A stretch of DNA of 56,522 bases, filler included, from Basidiobolus ranarum (GCA_040143965.1; 4 parts of 4 records of this genome joined end to end with filler, not necessarily neighbours in it), one strand, 5' to 3'; positions 12,430-25,046 are shown, counted from the first letter of the whole stretch. Notes: generated by a model from the letters alone, not told the origin. Numbers and translations: made by a program.

Positions 12430-14089
12430 ATGCCTGAGGTTTCCAACTTGAAGTTTTCGTTCATCCACTTTAATGATGTTTACCATATAAACGAAAGTTA
12501 CGAAGAGCCCGTAGGTGGTGCTTCGAGATTTGCCCAAGCAGTAAGAGATTTAAAACAGGAGGCCGAGAACAAAGGCGAAGGCGTTCCTTTAATTTTATTT
12601 AGTGGGGACTGCTTTAATCCTTCTACCGATAGTTCCATCACTAAAGGAAAGCATATGGTTCCAGTGTTGAACCAAATTGGTGTAGATGTTGCTTGTTATG
12701 GTAACCATGTAATATCAAAGTTTACTTTTATTTTTTCAAAATTCATCGAACTAAATGGAACTCTTAATAGGACTTTGATTTCGGAGTACCCAACTTAATA
12801 AAGCTCGCCTCTCAGTGTTCTTTTCCTTGGCTTATTTCCAACGTCTACGACACTGACACCGGTAGGCCTATTGCAGAGGGAAAAGAGTATTATATTAAGG
12901 AGCACAATGGCCTGAAGTTAGGATTCGTGGGCTTGGTTGAAAAGTATGTGATTTTATGCTGACTGAACAAATTAATTAAACATTTCTGATGACTGATCTA
13001 CTTCTTCTCTAAGGGAATGGCTTGACACAATCCCCAGGTACGTCTAACGAAGTTATTCAAGTCGATCTATATTTTACGAAACAGCTAATATGAACCTTAT
13101 TATTCAATGTAGTTTACCAGCTACGGCAGACTATCGTGACTTTATTACCACCGGAAGAGAATTGAGTCAACGCCTGAGACAGGAAGAGAAGGTGGACTTA
13201 GTGATTGCATTATCCCACATGCGACTTCCAAATGATGAGATTTTAGCTCGAGAATGCGGAGATGTTATCGATTTGGTGTTGGGAGGTCACGATCACTTTT
13301 ATCATGTTGGGAAGGGAATTGAGTTCCTGCATGACGACAACTCCAAAGGAATAGAGATTTGTCAATCCTCCAGTGATGAGAACCTACGCATCATCAAGAG
13401 TGGTACAGATTTCCGAGAATTCACTTTAGCTCATGTTACCCTCACTGATGGAGAGAAAAAAGAAATCGCTTCGGTTACAGGTAAGTTTCGTTCATCCGCG
13501 TCCGATTTGTATATTCTTGGATACAACTTGATAGTAACTTCTTGTTGTCCATGTCATATTAGCCAGAAGAGTTGAGATCACCAATGCCATTGAGCCTTGC
13601 CCTGACGTACAGAAAATAGTCGACGAGGTTTCATCCAAGGTTTCTACTTCACTCGATAAAGTGATTGGCACTACTACAACTGCATGTGATGCTAGATCAG
13701 AAACAAATCGTACCCAAGAGACAAACATTGGCAACCTTTCCGCAGATTTGATGCGAAACGCTTACCCAGGTACACATATTGGACTTCTGTGCGGAGGTAC
13801 AATCAGGTCCGATAAAGTTTATCCAGCTGGGGATGTGACACTTCGTACAATCATGGATATTTTCCCATTCGAAGACCCCACAGTTGTTATTCAAGTAAAA
13901 GGATCGGATTTGTGGGATGCTTTGGAGAATTCCGTCTCCATGGTGCCAAAACAAGAGGGGAGATTCCCACACGTCTCCGGTTTAGAGATTCATTACAATC
14001 CCAGTAAGCCAGGTGGTTCTCGTCTGATAAAGGTTTTCGTCACCAAGCGTGAGACTGAGGGATCATCCGAAAAAAGTGCCGCTTCATTG
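12430..14089 (+). CDS. 5'-nucleotidase-family metallophosphoesterase, no obvious signal peptide; truncated by linker
   Basis: HFNDVY, SGDCF, GNH(D), LSHMR, LGGHDH, and 5'-nucleotidase C-domain ETNIGNLSAD...GGTIRSD...IFPFED...GRFPHVSG; GT-AG introns. Confidence 0.9.
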
Positions 14090-14189
14090 NNNNNNNNNNN
14101 NNNNNNNNNNNNNNNNNNNNNNNNNNNNNNNNNTTAATTAATTAANNNNNNNNNNNNNNNNNNNNNNNNNNNNNNNNNNNNNNNNNNNN
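14090..14189. other. Artificial contig linker
   Basis: 44 N + TTAATTAATTAA (stops in all six frames) + 44 N. Confidence 0.97.
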
Positions 14190-14637
14190 CGGCATTAACA
14201 GGTTTAGGCGCGACTTTTCGAGGTGTGGCTATTAGGGAGGAGCGAAGTGAGAGTGAAGGAAAATATGGAGTAAAGCACCTATTTGTCTATATAGATCTCT
14301 AAATTTGTCAATCGTTTCAGTTGGTTAGAGCAATGAATGATTTATAAAGATGTAACCTCACTAACTTATGCTAGGTTTTCCCTAAGGTTGAACAAGGCGT
14401 TGCTGTACTGAAACATTGCCAACACTTTTCTTGCAGAATGGTTTAGTTATTAATAGCGGACTTTGTATGGTGTTATAATGTTGCATTACCCTTAGAAACT
14501 AATGTTAGCTTGAAGATCAGCTTTTTACAAAGATGAGAACATACTTTTATTGCCCAATGACATGGGAACGAAGTACGTATATATACAAAGGAGTTCATGG
14601 CTAATTTCATCAGCTACTTATCTTTACCAAAACAACA

Positions 14638-15082
14638 ATGAAATTCCCTGCTTTAATCGTCGTTTTCACCTCTGTTCTTGGTCTCTCATTTGCTGATTTC
14701 CAAACAGTCACTCCCAAGCCTAATAGTAAGTTTGTACCTGGGCAAACGGTCAAAATTTCCTGGAAAGAATCTGGCGAAGGAAAACTGATTGACCAGCGGG
14801 AGTCTTTCACCATCAGATTATCTAATGGACCTAGAGTTCGGCTTTGGCAGTATGTATTAATATCGATTTGCTAGTTTTTGATACCCACTAAATCCCAATG
14901 TTTATTTACTTTTTGCAAGTCCTGTTCTTGATATTGCCAACTTCACGAAGCCATTCCCAAAAAGCGTGAATTGGAAGATTCCCAAGGACTTGAAGGTTGA
15001 TCGCTACTTCTTAGTTTACACTGACAACACCAGAACTCAGCCTAAGTCGGATTACTTCTACGTTGATAATTCCAAGAATTAA
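14638..15082 (+). CDS. Small secreted protein with Kre9/Knh1 N-terminal-like Ig-fold domain; one intron
   Basis: Signal peptide MKFPALIVVFTSVLGLSFA; pattern VTPKPNSKFVPGQTVKISW...FTIRLSNG; second exon PVLDIANF...SVNWKIPKDL...YFLVY...SDYFYV; stop TAA at 15080-15082. Confidence 0.72.
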
Positions 15083-16747
15083 GGACCAGAACTAGCCTAA
15101 ATCTCTTCTATGATTTAAGTTGCTTTATATTCAATTACTGTTTAAGATATCCTGTGTGTCTATCATATCACCATTGAGTTTTGAAATAAATTTCTTTTTA
15201 AGAGTACTCCTATTTCACCTGAAATGAAGCGATGTTGGATACGTTTCTTCCGTGCCATCTACTATCATTGTTCGAAATGGTATATATATGGGTGTAAAGC
15301 AAAAAGCTACCCGGAAAAGAGAGTTTACCCAGGCTCTAGTTGTGTCACAGGCTTTAAATCAAGTTAGTGTAGCATTAGTCAAAACCTAGTTTTGAGACAA
15401 AGAAAATTAGCCTTGCTTGTAACTTGCTTTGGTGTGACCCTTCACACAAACAAGGGGTAGTTTTAGTTAAGTTACTATGACGCATTCAAACGAGAAAATT
15501 CAAAGACAGATCGCTAGCTAAAGGTACTGCTCAACTTCAAACTGTATAAAATGTTACCACTTCGGAAACATCTAAAAATACGAAGTACACCACATAATGC
15601 TCCTGGAGAGTAAATACGTGCAATTAAATTTGGTAAAGATCGCTCCCCGAGATGGTAATGAGATTTACCAGTGCTTGAGTAATTGCAATAAGCAATAAGG
15701 TCAAAGTTTGTGACATTGAATAAGTATTTGTTGCCTGATCGTGGAGGCTACTTTGGGTAAGCATTGCAGCAGATGGTAATTTTGATTGAAATAATGTAAA
15801 AATGACGCAGTACACGTCTTGTCGTGAAAGTTTGTCCTGTTGAGTTTGACTGGCTCATGGTTGGAATTTGGCGTTAAGCATCCGGGTCTCATGATTGAAT
15901 ATATTTGTTAGTAGGGTAATAAAATAGCAAAAGGTAGGTATCAGTCCAAGTTTTAAACTTACAGTTGAACGTATTGTTGGGATTCTGGAATATCTTTTTC
16001 CTGAAACTCTGATGAAAGCACTATAATGTACTTTAGTAACTCCCAGATGGCTTGGCCTCATCATTGTCTATGACAGATGTACTGAGAACACCATAAATCA
16101 TCTAATTTCTTCCAAGCTATATCATATTCATTAATATACCTATATGGCTGTACAGTCTAGCTGTTGCTGATGTCTCATAGTTGTACATATGATAATCGCT
16201 GGACTTTGACTGTATGAATCCAAGCAGCTTATTCATCCCCACATTAGAGCAATGGCTCTTGAGTGTTTTTAGAAGTGAAATATTTTGCAACATTACATAA
16301 CTAGAAATGTATAATAGATACTTCTCGCCTACAAGTGTAATATCTCAATTCCAGTCTATTGGTTTGGGAAATGGATATTAGAATAAGATATCTGGACACC
16401 AGTACTGATTGATAAATTAGACAAGTATTGAACCATTGCTAGAATTTTGAGCTGAGTTACTAATAGAGTTCACATACTCTGTTCTCCAACTTTAGAACTA
16501 AATATATAGCTTAGAAAATAAGTATCAAGTGACACTAACAATATATATTGAACGATATAAAGATGTGAAAGTATGGATAAAGCTTTAATACAGAAGAGAA
16601 TCAGAGAGACTTGTGAGAATGTACATAGGTAACCAAAAATATGATCGTACCCATTAATATTTGGGGTAAAAGTAATAAGAAAGCAATGTCATAGGCCGCA
16701 TGGGTCGGCTGCAGATGTGATCTGACGATATAGTGAACTTCTCACTT

Positions 16748-17743
16748 TCAAAAGGTTTGAGCTAATTGTTCAGCTGTTATCAAGCCATAAGGCTTATTAA
16801 ATTTATCTAGCACTGGCAACACGCTCACAGGCGGATCATGCTCCTCCATTAATCGTAGTGCTTCACTTGCCATATCATCAACAAAGCAAACAATAGGGTT
16901 GGAGGTCATGATGTGGCTTGCCTGTAACTGAAAAATCTGTTCTCGGAATTCTAATGCTCGACGAATATCTCCATCGGTTATAATACCAACTACAGTTTCA
17001 CCAGTTTCGTCTAGAACCAACACAGAACCGCATCTTTTCTGCATAGATAGTACGAGAATTTCGCTAACAATAGCATCTTGACTGACTACGGGAATTTCAT
17101 CAAAGCTGTACATCACATCCTTCGCTTTCAAGGTCAATTTTCTACCTAAAGAACCGCCTGGGTGGTTCAATGCAAAGTGATGAGCATCATATACTCGTAA
17201 TTGCATTAAGGTTATAGCAATAGCATCCCCCAAAGCAAGAGCTACGGTAGTCGAAGTAGTAGGTGCTGGAACATGAGTGCAAACTTCGGATTTTACATAA
17301 CCATCCAACCAAGCATCACATTGCTGCGCTAACAAAGAGTTGCTGTTGCCTCCGAGGCCAATCAGCACAACCTTTCGCTTTTTAAAAGACGGCACAATTT
17401 GCAGTAATTCTTCAGTATTTCCGGTATAACTGAGGGCGAGAACTACGTCTTTAGCTTGAACAATACCAAGATCTCCATGTAAGCCCTCTGTTGGATGTAA
17501 GAATACGGCAAGACTGCCGGTACTCAGTAAGGTGGCAGTAATTTTTTCTCCAATCTTTCCAGATTTGCCCACTCCGGTCACGACAATTTTACCACCTTTG
17601 TCGAGACACCTCTTCATGAGAGTGATAATCTTACTGAAAGAACTCTCATCTCGGACAACACGCTCAGCACACTCGAGGATAGCATTTCCCTCTTCCTTAA
17701 GAACACGAACGGCATTCTCAACAATGGCATCAACCAGCACCAT
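16748..17743 (-). CDS. kpsF: KpsF/GutQ/KdsD-family sugar-phosphate (arabinose-5-phosphate) isomerase, SIS domain + CBS pair, intronless
   Basis: VVTGVGKSG, ATLLSTG, FLHPTEGLHGDLG, SYTGNTEEL, APTTSTT...LGDAIA, NHPGGSLG, then CBS motifs GIITDGDIRR and IMTSNP. First ATG in frame at 17743. Confidence 0.92.
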   Translation of the reverse strand: MVLVDAIVENAVRVLKEEGNAILECAERVVRDESSFSKIITLMKRCLDKGGKIVVTGVGKSGKIGEKITATLLSTGSLAVFLHPTEGLHGDLGIVQAKDVVLALSYTGNTEELLQIVPSFKKRKVVLIGLGGNSNSLLAQQCDAWLDGYVKSEVCTHVPAPTTSTTVALALGDAIAITLMQLRVYDAHHFALNHPGGSLGRKLTLKAKDVMYSFDEIPVVSQDAIVSEILVLSMQKRCGSVLVLDETGETVVGIITDGDIRRALEFREQIFQLQASHIMTSNPIVCFVDDMASEALRLMEEHDPPVSVLPVLDKFNKPYGLITAEQLAQTF

Positions 17744-18114
17744 AGGTAAGGTAAAATTGGTTAAAAGCAAGTACGATACAGTAGAAATATGAGAAGAAAA
17801 GTGGAGTGACAACAGCAATGAAGATTGGATCTACAGGAAAAGAAATGAATGCTTTATAAGTACCCGCTGGCTCCTGTATTGGTAGAAAACCTAAGCTGAT
17901 GTAAGTTGCTGTTGTCACGATTTCCCATACAAAGTAGATTTCCTTTTTAGTTCGATGCACTTTAAGAAATTACTTCCTAAGAAGTAGCAGATGAATCGAC
18001 CTCCAAGTAGTAAACCACTCATAAAGATAACTGGTGAGGGCGATCTCATCTTTACTAAGATCAGGAAATATTCAGAAAGTATTCGATTGCAGTATGACTT
18101 GAACTAGTAGAAAT

Positions 18115-18989
18115 TGACTGACATTTAGAATCGAGCTATCAAGCATCGATCCATAAGACTCATCGAATTATTCGAATTACAGATCCTCGATTGCAAGCGT
18201 ACGTTGATGATGCAGCTGATCTTTTACTTGTCGCAGTACAGTGCATTATTCACAAAATCTCTCTGTGGATAACCAGCCATTTCAAGATATGTAATCAGAT
18301 GTGACTTAGGGAATTCTCATTTCATATCAGATCTAAGCACTTGTACATGTATTAGTGGCACTAACCCAATAGTAGACATTTGTGAAGCAAAGAAAAGCAA
18401 AATATGCGTTCAGTATAATCCGAATTGAATAAAACTTTTATATGGCTAATGAGAGTGGAAATCTCCTCATCTTGCATCTACTTACCTCAGATTCCCTATC
18501 CCCTTCGCAATTTTAGTAGACCTGACCGCCTGAGGGAATGGCTCGTAGATAGACTTACTTGACACTCACATCCTCCATTCACATGTTCAGGAACTAGATT
18601 GATGGTGATAGCTTGGTTTTTGTTACTCTTCGCATTAAAATCGCTGATTTGCGCTGTTTCTTATTTAAGAATCGAGACTCTTGAGTTAGTATTGTGACCA
18701 ACAACTGGACTGTAAATCGGAGAATCGAGTAGATCCAGTTGCTCTTCTCATTAGCTGATGTATGACAAGGCTCGATTTGGATCTCAATAACTACGTAAGT
18801 TCACTAATCATAGTTAATAATCCGTAGCGCCACCCTAACATAACACCTATATTTCTCGCATTCAATGAGTGACGAGAATAACTGATTGAACACCCAGGAT
18901 TAGACCAAGGTTTATGGATATCATTCGTGGTAACTCAATATCTTATTCTCTTCAAAACTATCTTAATCATGTTTCCTTTGGAGCGTCAT
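18115..18989 (-). pseudogene. Possible decayed, unidentified intron-containing gene
   Basis: Protein-like minus-strand frames broken by TAA stops: RFCE*CTVLRQVKDQLHHQRTLAIEDL*FE*FDESYGSMLDSSILN and SRVSILK*ETAQISDFNAK; GTAAG donors nearby. No family recognised. Confidence 0.3.
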
Positions 18990-19458
18990 TCTCGATTCTG
19001 AGATTAGCATTCCCACTATCACATTATATCCCCGACATTATCCGAGACAGATACATGGTTAATTTTGTTCAAGTTTAGCACAACTCCACTGATTCATTCT
19101 ACCACGTCATGTTTGTATCAACTTTTATAAAACCTGATCTTGGTAAAGAGAGCTATTGTATGGCATGATACCACACGGAGTGCCTAAATGAACAGATTGC
19201 TACTCTACTATGCAGAGATCTAGTTATTGTGACAGAATAGTAACGATGTAAGGCTTTAAACGGATCAGTACTTTATTTCCAAGGAGGTGAAGGAAATATT
19301 GCATGAGATGAGGGGTCAGAAAATCATTCAATTAACTACAAGATCGTTTAACTGGATAAGTAGCTATTTCCATTGGCCCAGAAGTATCTTCTATAAGCAC
19401 ATTAGGTAGAACTTGTAAAAAGAGGCGCTCTTCAGTGTTCTCAAAGAAAAAAAGGCAA

Positions 19459-20571
19459 CTAATTGTTGGAATTCTTCAGCTCAACCGTCCAAACGATTGG
19501 TTTGTTGGTTTCTACCATGATGATATCACTATCAAGTATATTTGAAGTGCTTACTAGACCACCAAACTCAGTAACCGTATGGTCTAAAGACATGGATTTG
19601 GTTAAAGAAGCGAACATATATGAAAATGAAATATTAGGATCATACCAAGATTCCATCGTAGCCCTTCTGTAGATATAATGGTTTTCTCAAACCCAATCGG
19701 CAACAATCCGCAAGTGGGCCCTTCAGTTTCTCGATTACATATAATCTTATGTTTACCCTAAATTTTTCTTTAGTCTGGAAACATGACTTCCAATTTTCAA
19801 ATCGAACTAACCTTATCCAACAGGAAAGTAGAACTGTCATCAGAGATAAGATATACTTTTCTTTCATCTTTCAATACATGAAGCATTTGAATGCTGGACA
19901 TTGTTTGATCAAAACGGCCTCCAATAGCACCCATTCCAACAATGTCATACTTGAAGAATTCAGAGAAGAGGTTACAAGTTGTCGATAACATAAATACAAG
20001 TACAGGTTTCTAATTACCAAAATACCGCTTCGTTCTTTCTCCTTCTCTCTTATTATGTTTACACATTTGGTAAAATCGGTACTATCCTGATCTTCATTTT
20101 TCTGAATTATGACCCCCTACCAAATAAAAAAACTTAATACGCTTTCACTTTGAGCGGATGATTTGATAAACGTACCTTTTTCTCATAAAATTCTTTAACT
20201 TCGGGTCTTAAGGAATCGAAATCTCCAGTAATATAATCAGGGATGTAACTATTTTAAACTGGATCAGTATCAACACTTTCTTGCGAAAAACTAATCAGAT
20301 AGAAATTACTGGTGCAAATCTTCGGTCCCAGCAAAAGTATCGTGAAGACGGTTGGTTCCTCCATCAGCACATAGGCGGATAGAAGCTTTAGAAATATTAG
20401 TCTATGTAGTGGTTTCTAAATGTATTTGATCTGGAATAAAGATACTTTACCTGTTTTCCATATGTGCTTAAATATTGTGTCCTTGTGTGGAATAGGTTGG
20501 TTTAGTACGATAACAGCGAATGGTGGTATACCATCACACAATGGACTCTGATGTGTTATAGTCTCAGTCAT
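19459..20571 (-). CDS. THI80: Thiamine pyrophosphokinase; multi-exon
   Basis: [62 protein letters not shown]. Confidence 0.93.
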
Positions 20572-21199
20572 ATTTCTTGTAAAAGTTTGGAATCGAGAAC
20601 GCAACGTGCCGAAGGTTAACCTAAGCATGCAAGGAGGTTGTTTTCCATCATATATCCACAAAACAATTCATCATTTTACTGAATAGTCAGATTGTACATG
20701 CAAATGAATACCTAGACTTACATACTTGTTATTAAATCAATCATGCTCAACCTTTTTGATCCTATATAGCAATTTCCGATGTTGAGACGGGATTAATCGA
20801 AAATGTTAGTCATGATGATCTTACCTGTCTACGATCTATGGTGGTACAACTTGATGCGGTAGTCTATCGCACGCATGGAACTCTCAAGGTAAACTCGGCA
20901 TCAACTTCCAAAGTTAATTTTATTAAAACAAGAATTATATACAGAACTCCTGGCAATGATTTAGCTTGCAGTAATGTTAAATGAAACCAAAATTGTTTAT
21001 TTAATTCAAAATTACATAGCTCTGTTAAGAACAAAATTAGTGGAAAGCTATTTGCTAAACTAATCATGTTGGATTTTCAATAAACAATTGATAGTTTGGT
21101 ATCATCTTCCCTCACGAAATTGTATTGCAATGGGAGCAACACATTGGTCAGAACTTGATCATTCCGATGTCAAAACTAACAGCAATAGTAAAAATAGCT

Positions 21200-22805
21200 A
21201 GTTGTATATCAAGTTTCTAGTTGAAAGATCTAGCAAGCGTACTAGAAATATATTTGTCGAATCATTGCATACCTGTCAACAACGTTCCAACCAGGATTGA
21301 TTTCCTTATACCTTTGAGTTAATCCCTAGAAAAATAGCCGAAAAGTCAAACTTTCAGTAAAACTTTCCGAAGAATAAGAACAAATCAAAGAGTTACCTCA
21401 AGCGCTACTTAGTCAACAAAGGCGGTTTCGGATAAATCTAGAGTTAAAAAAGTCTTTACTACCATTTCTCAACCTGAAAGTAATCAACATATCAAAATTT
21501 TGCCACTCTATGCTTATCCCTCTGCTCCTGGTACATTATCTTTGGGACACTCCAACAAACCTAAATCATCACGCATTATTGTTGAAAATATTAAGGCGTA
21601 GAGTTGTCTGACGAAATTTCTGTTGAACTAAAGATTGCAGACGATAGCTTTCAAAAAAAATATTGGTGAAATATTGTATTCTCGAATCATATCTGTATTA
21701 GACAAACGACCCGTAAAATTGCGCATGATGTATTAGCTATTCGTCATAAAACTGGGTACCAGATCGTCACTTGTACGCAAGTCAACACTCCAGGCTATTA
21801 GACCGAAGTGACATGCACCTTGGAAGCTTATGAGAGTAAGTGATTTACCTCTAGAGATTTTGTGGTCAAACGATGATGGCTAAATCAATCATCATTTTAG
21901 GAAATTAGTGGCCATATAGGTTGAGTGTACTCTATTGCAGTTGAACCAGGAAATAAATGGTTTGCCGCTGGTGCTGGTGACAGAACCATTCGTATTTGAA
22001 ATGGATTGAACTTTACTGGAATATGGTTACTTAGATTTCAATGATTTCAGATTTGAGACATCCTTTTAACTGATGGTCGTGATGCTACTGTTAGAGTAAG
22101 TATTTGGGTACTGGAAACAGAAGGAAAATCATTAAACTAATTGCTCTTTACTTTCAGGTCTAGGATATGCGTACTAAGTAATGTAATCATATACTCGCGG
22201 GGTACTCAGCCACTATTGCTGATATAAAATGTCAAGAAGCCGGTTCCTAAGTTATTTCTGGTTCTATGGACTTAGCACATCACAAGAAATCTGTTCGTGC
22301 ATTGACTCTTCACCCAGACGAGTTTACCTTTGTTAATGCCAGCTCAGATAACATCAAACAATGAAAGTGCCCTGAAGGGTCATTTGTTCCAAATCTTTAG
22401 AGCCACAAATCGATTGTCAACACTTTAGCTGTTAGTAGTGATAATGTTATGTTCTCTGGAGGTATTTCTTAAGGTCCCTTTAGAGTTATCGAAGTTTTTC
22501 ACTAAATTATTGATTCTTTGGTGATAAAGGATCCATGCATTTGAGACTGGAAGTCTAGTCATAATTTCCCGAAAACTGAGACAACTATTCAACTAACATC
22601 AGGTATTTTTTCATCCACTTTTGATCGATATGGTTCCCGTTTGATTACTGACAAAGCCGATGAAACAGTGAAAATCTAGAAGGTGAGTGAAGAGTTTCAA
22701 ATCATTCGTTATTGACGTTATATATACTTTACAAACTTTCTTCAATAAGCCGAGGAAACGCATCCTTTGGATTGGAAAGCCTCCCTTGCTTTTCGTCGTT
22801 TTAAT
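21200..22805 (+). pseudogene. PRP46: Pseudogene of WD40 splicing factor Prp46/PLRG1
   Basis: Fragments [104 protein letters not shown]. Many stops, frameshifts and deletions; intron donors and acceptors retained. 5' boundary approximate. Confidence 0.9.
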
Positions 22806-23315
22806 ACAATAATATTAGAGAACAAAGTGTGTATAGTATTCAATAGCAAAAGATTCAATATATTCTCATTCAATGTTAATAAATATCTCAAAGAATCTGT
22901 CTTGAGTCTAATTTGTAAATTTAGTCATTCAAGATATATGCTAATATTCACCAAATAACTTGATTGAAATGGAGCTACTAAAACCATGGAAAGCATATAT
23001 CATTTACCATACATATATTAGTGATTTTTATATATATTTTTCTCGTTTTCAGTCAACAAATTTGCAAATTATAGAGTAAAGTAAAGGTATAGGTATAGGA
23101 ACGCATTGAGTAGAGTGGATTTTTTATGGTCGTTCACTCTTCAGAAGTGAAGAGTGAAGGGAAACTTATTTTATCAACTAACTTCGTTACATTGTGTAGT
23201 GGTGTTTGTTTGTGTGTATGCGTGCATATATGCTCGAGAAATGTGTGGAAGGAGATCTGTAAATGAAGAATATATTGATGAAAATCTCTATTGACTGATT
23301 GGGTCACTATTTAGC

Positions 23316-24173
23316 TTATCCTCTAGAGAATATACGTCCGATCAAGTTCCCTCCGAGCATTCCCAAGATACCAGAGTTGCTGCCAAGAGCATTTGCGGCT
23401 AAACCACTCCACTTCTGCTTCGCATCTTTGTCGCATTTCATATATCCAATCAAGTTGGCACCACTCAGAGCTACGGCTACGGCGACAATGAGGAGCCATT
23501 GGAAGTTGAAACGAATAATAGCAATCAAAGCAAGAAAAAACCACATAACAGGGGTAATATAGAGAGAATACCAAAACAATCGAGAATCAACTCCATTGAT
23601 AACTCTAGTTTGCTAGGATTGAAGGATTAATCCCACTGATCTCATTAAAATTTAAGAAAAGTAACAAAAATATACATACGTCGCGATTTTCGAAGACCCA
23701 GACGTTGGTACCATCTTCTGTAACCTCATTCCACCAACGTAATCCCACCAAGAGTCTACCAGTTACGTTCTTAACGGTCCAGAAATCGAAAGATAAAAGC
23801 AATACCGCTACGACAAAGGTGAGAACAAAGCTGGTGGTGAAGAAATTGGCCAACAGGTAAACTACGAGTGCAGCAATACGGAATAAGAAGTGGAAAATGA
23901 GGGCAACTGGATGGCTAAAAAATACAATATTTTAGTCAAATGGAATGGATATCCTTAATCAGAGAGTGATGGTACCTAGATTGCTTTAAGATTGAAGGTT
24001 GCGACTCGGCTTGTTGGTTCTCAATATCCATAGATTGAAACTGTTGGAATTGTGACCCAGCCATGGGCGCAGCATCTGATAATAAGGTTTGGCGATCTAT
24101 GTTTGACTACATAGTAATGGTTAAAAACATCTCCTTAGAAACAAGTTATTGTGGTTCAAAAAACCCCTACCAT
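23316..24173 (-). CDS. TVP23: Golgi membrane protein Tvp23 (FAM18/DUF846); multi-exon
   Basis: HPVALIFHFLFR, DFWTVKNVTGRLLVGLRWWN, DSRLFWYSLY, ANLIGYMKCD. ATG at 24173 is directly followed by an intron. Confidence 0.92.
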
Positions 24174-25046
24174 TTTGAGCACAAGCTGAAAACGAACTCG
24201 TCAAGAAAGATGGTTTGTTATGAAGATATCTTCAATGCCAGGATGAGCAACAAAGTAATCAATCTTGAAATTATAATCCAATTATATCAATGGTAATTAA
24301 CGGATTCTTGGCATTATTGCTTGCAACTACTAAATATAACTCGAGATAATATAGGATCATTTTAGAATCAACACTGCCAGTAAATCCATCGACTGTTGAA
24401 TAGGAATAGCGTATTCCATTAGAAAAAAATTTACTTGTCTGAACTTTAAACCAATAGTAGGTGCCCAGCAAACAACGAAATGATTTTCAGTTGGATAACT
24501 CAATTAGTTTTATTCCAAAATCTACCACTGCGAACTTGATCAGGTTTGATCTGACGTCAGAAAGAATTATTATTAGATGGAGTTAAGTGATGCCATGGCG
24601 TAGTGCTAATTTAGAGCTCAAAATGAATTTTTGGTGTTTTTGCGATTAGAGGAACTGTATAGAATAGAATGACGGTTCATCATGGCATTCTCTGTAAGTC
24701 CATCGGATGTAGCATGAATTAAAGTATTCAATCACTGATCAGTAATCGTAATTAACAAGAGTCGTTCCGACTGAAGCACTAGCTTCCCTTATTTGATCTT
24801 AACTTAGCAATTCTTTCGATTCTCTTGCAAGTACGTTTCCAATTGCAAATGCCTCATAATACCATCAATATAAATTAATTTTATTTTAAACATTAAAATT
24901 AAGTGGAAGTGTGTGTATAGGGATTATTGAGACTCTACATTCTATAGGGCAATCCAATCAACGTTGTTGGGACTGTTGATATTAGGATGAACAAGAAATC
25001 AAACGGATATGTAATAAAAATATAACAATACAAAATGGTCGATTTC

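Noticed and set aside
14134..14145. TTAATTAATTAA palindrome, repeated at 28316 and 42461
   Set aside because: Identical N-flanked synthetic six-frame stop spacer, not biological.
21800..22680. Stop-codon recoding or A-to-I editing (TAG/TGA to Trp) rescuing PRP46
   Set aside because: The region also has frameshifts, large deletions and a TAA at a Gln position that editing cannot repair; neighbouring genes use TGA/TAG as ordinary stops and TGG for Trp.
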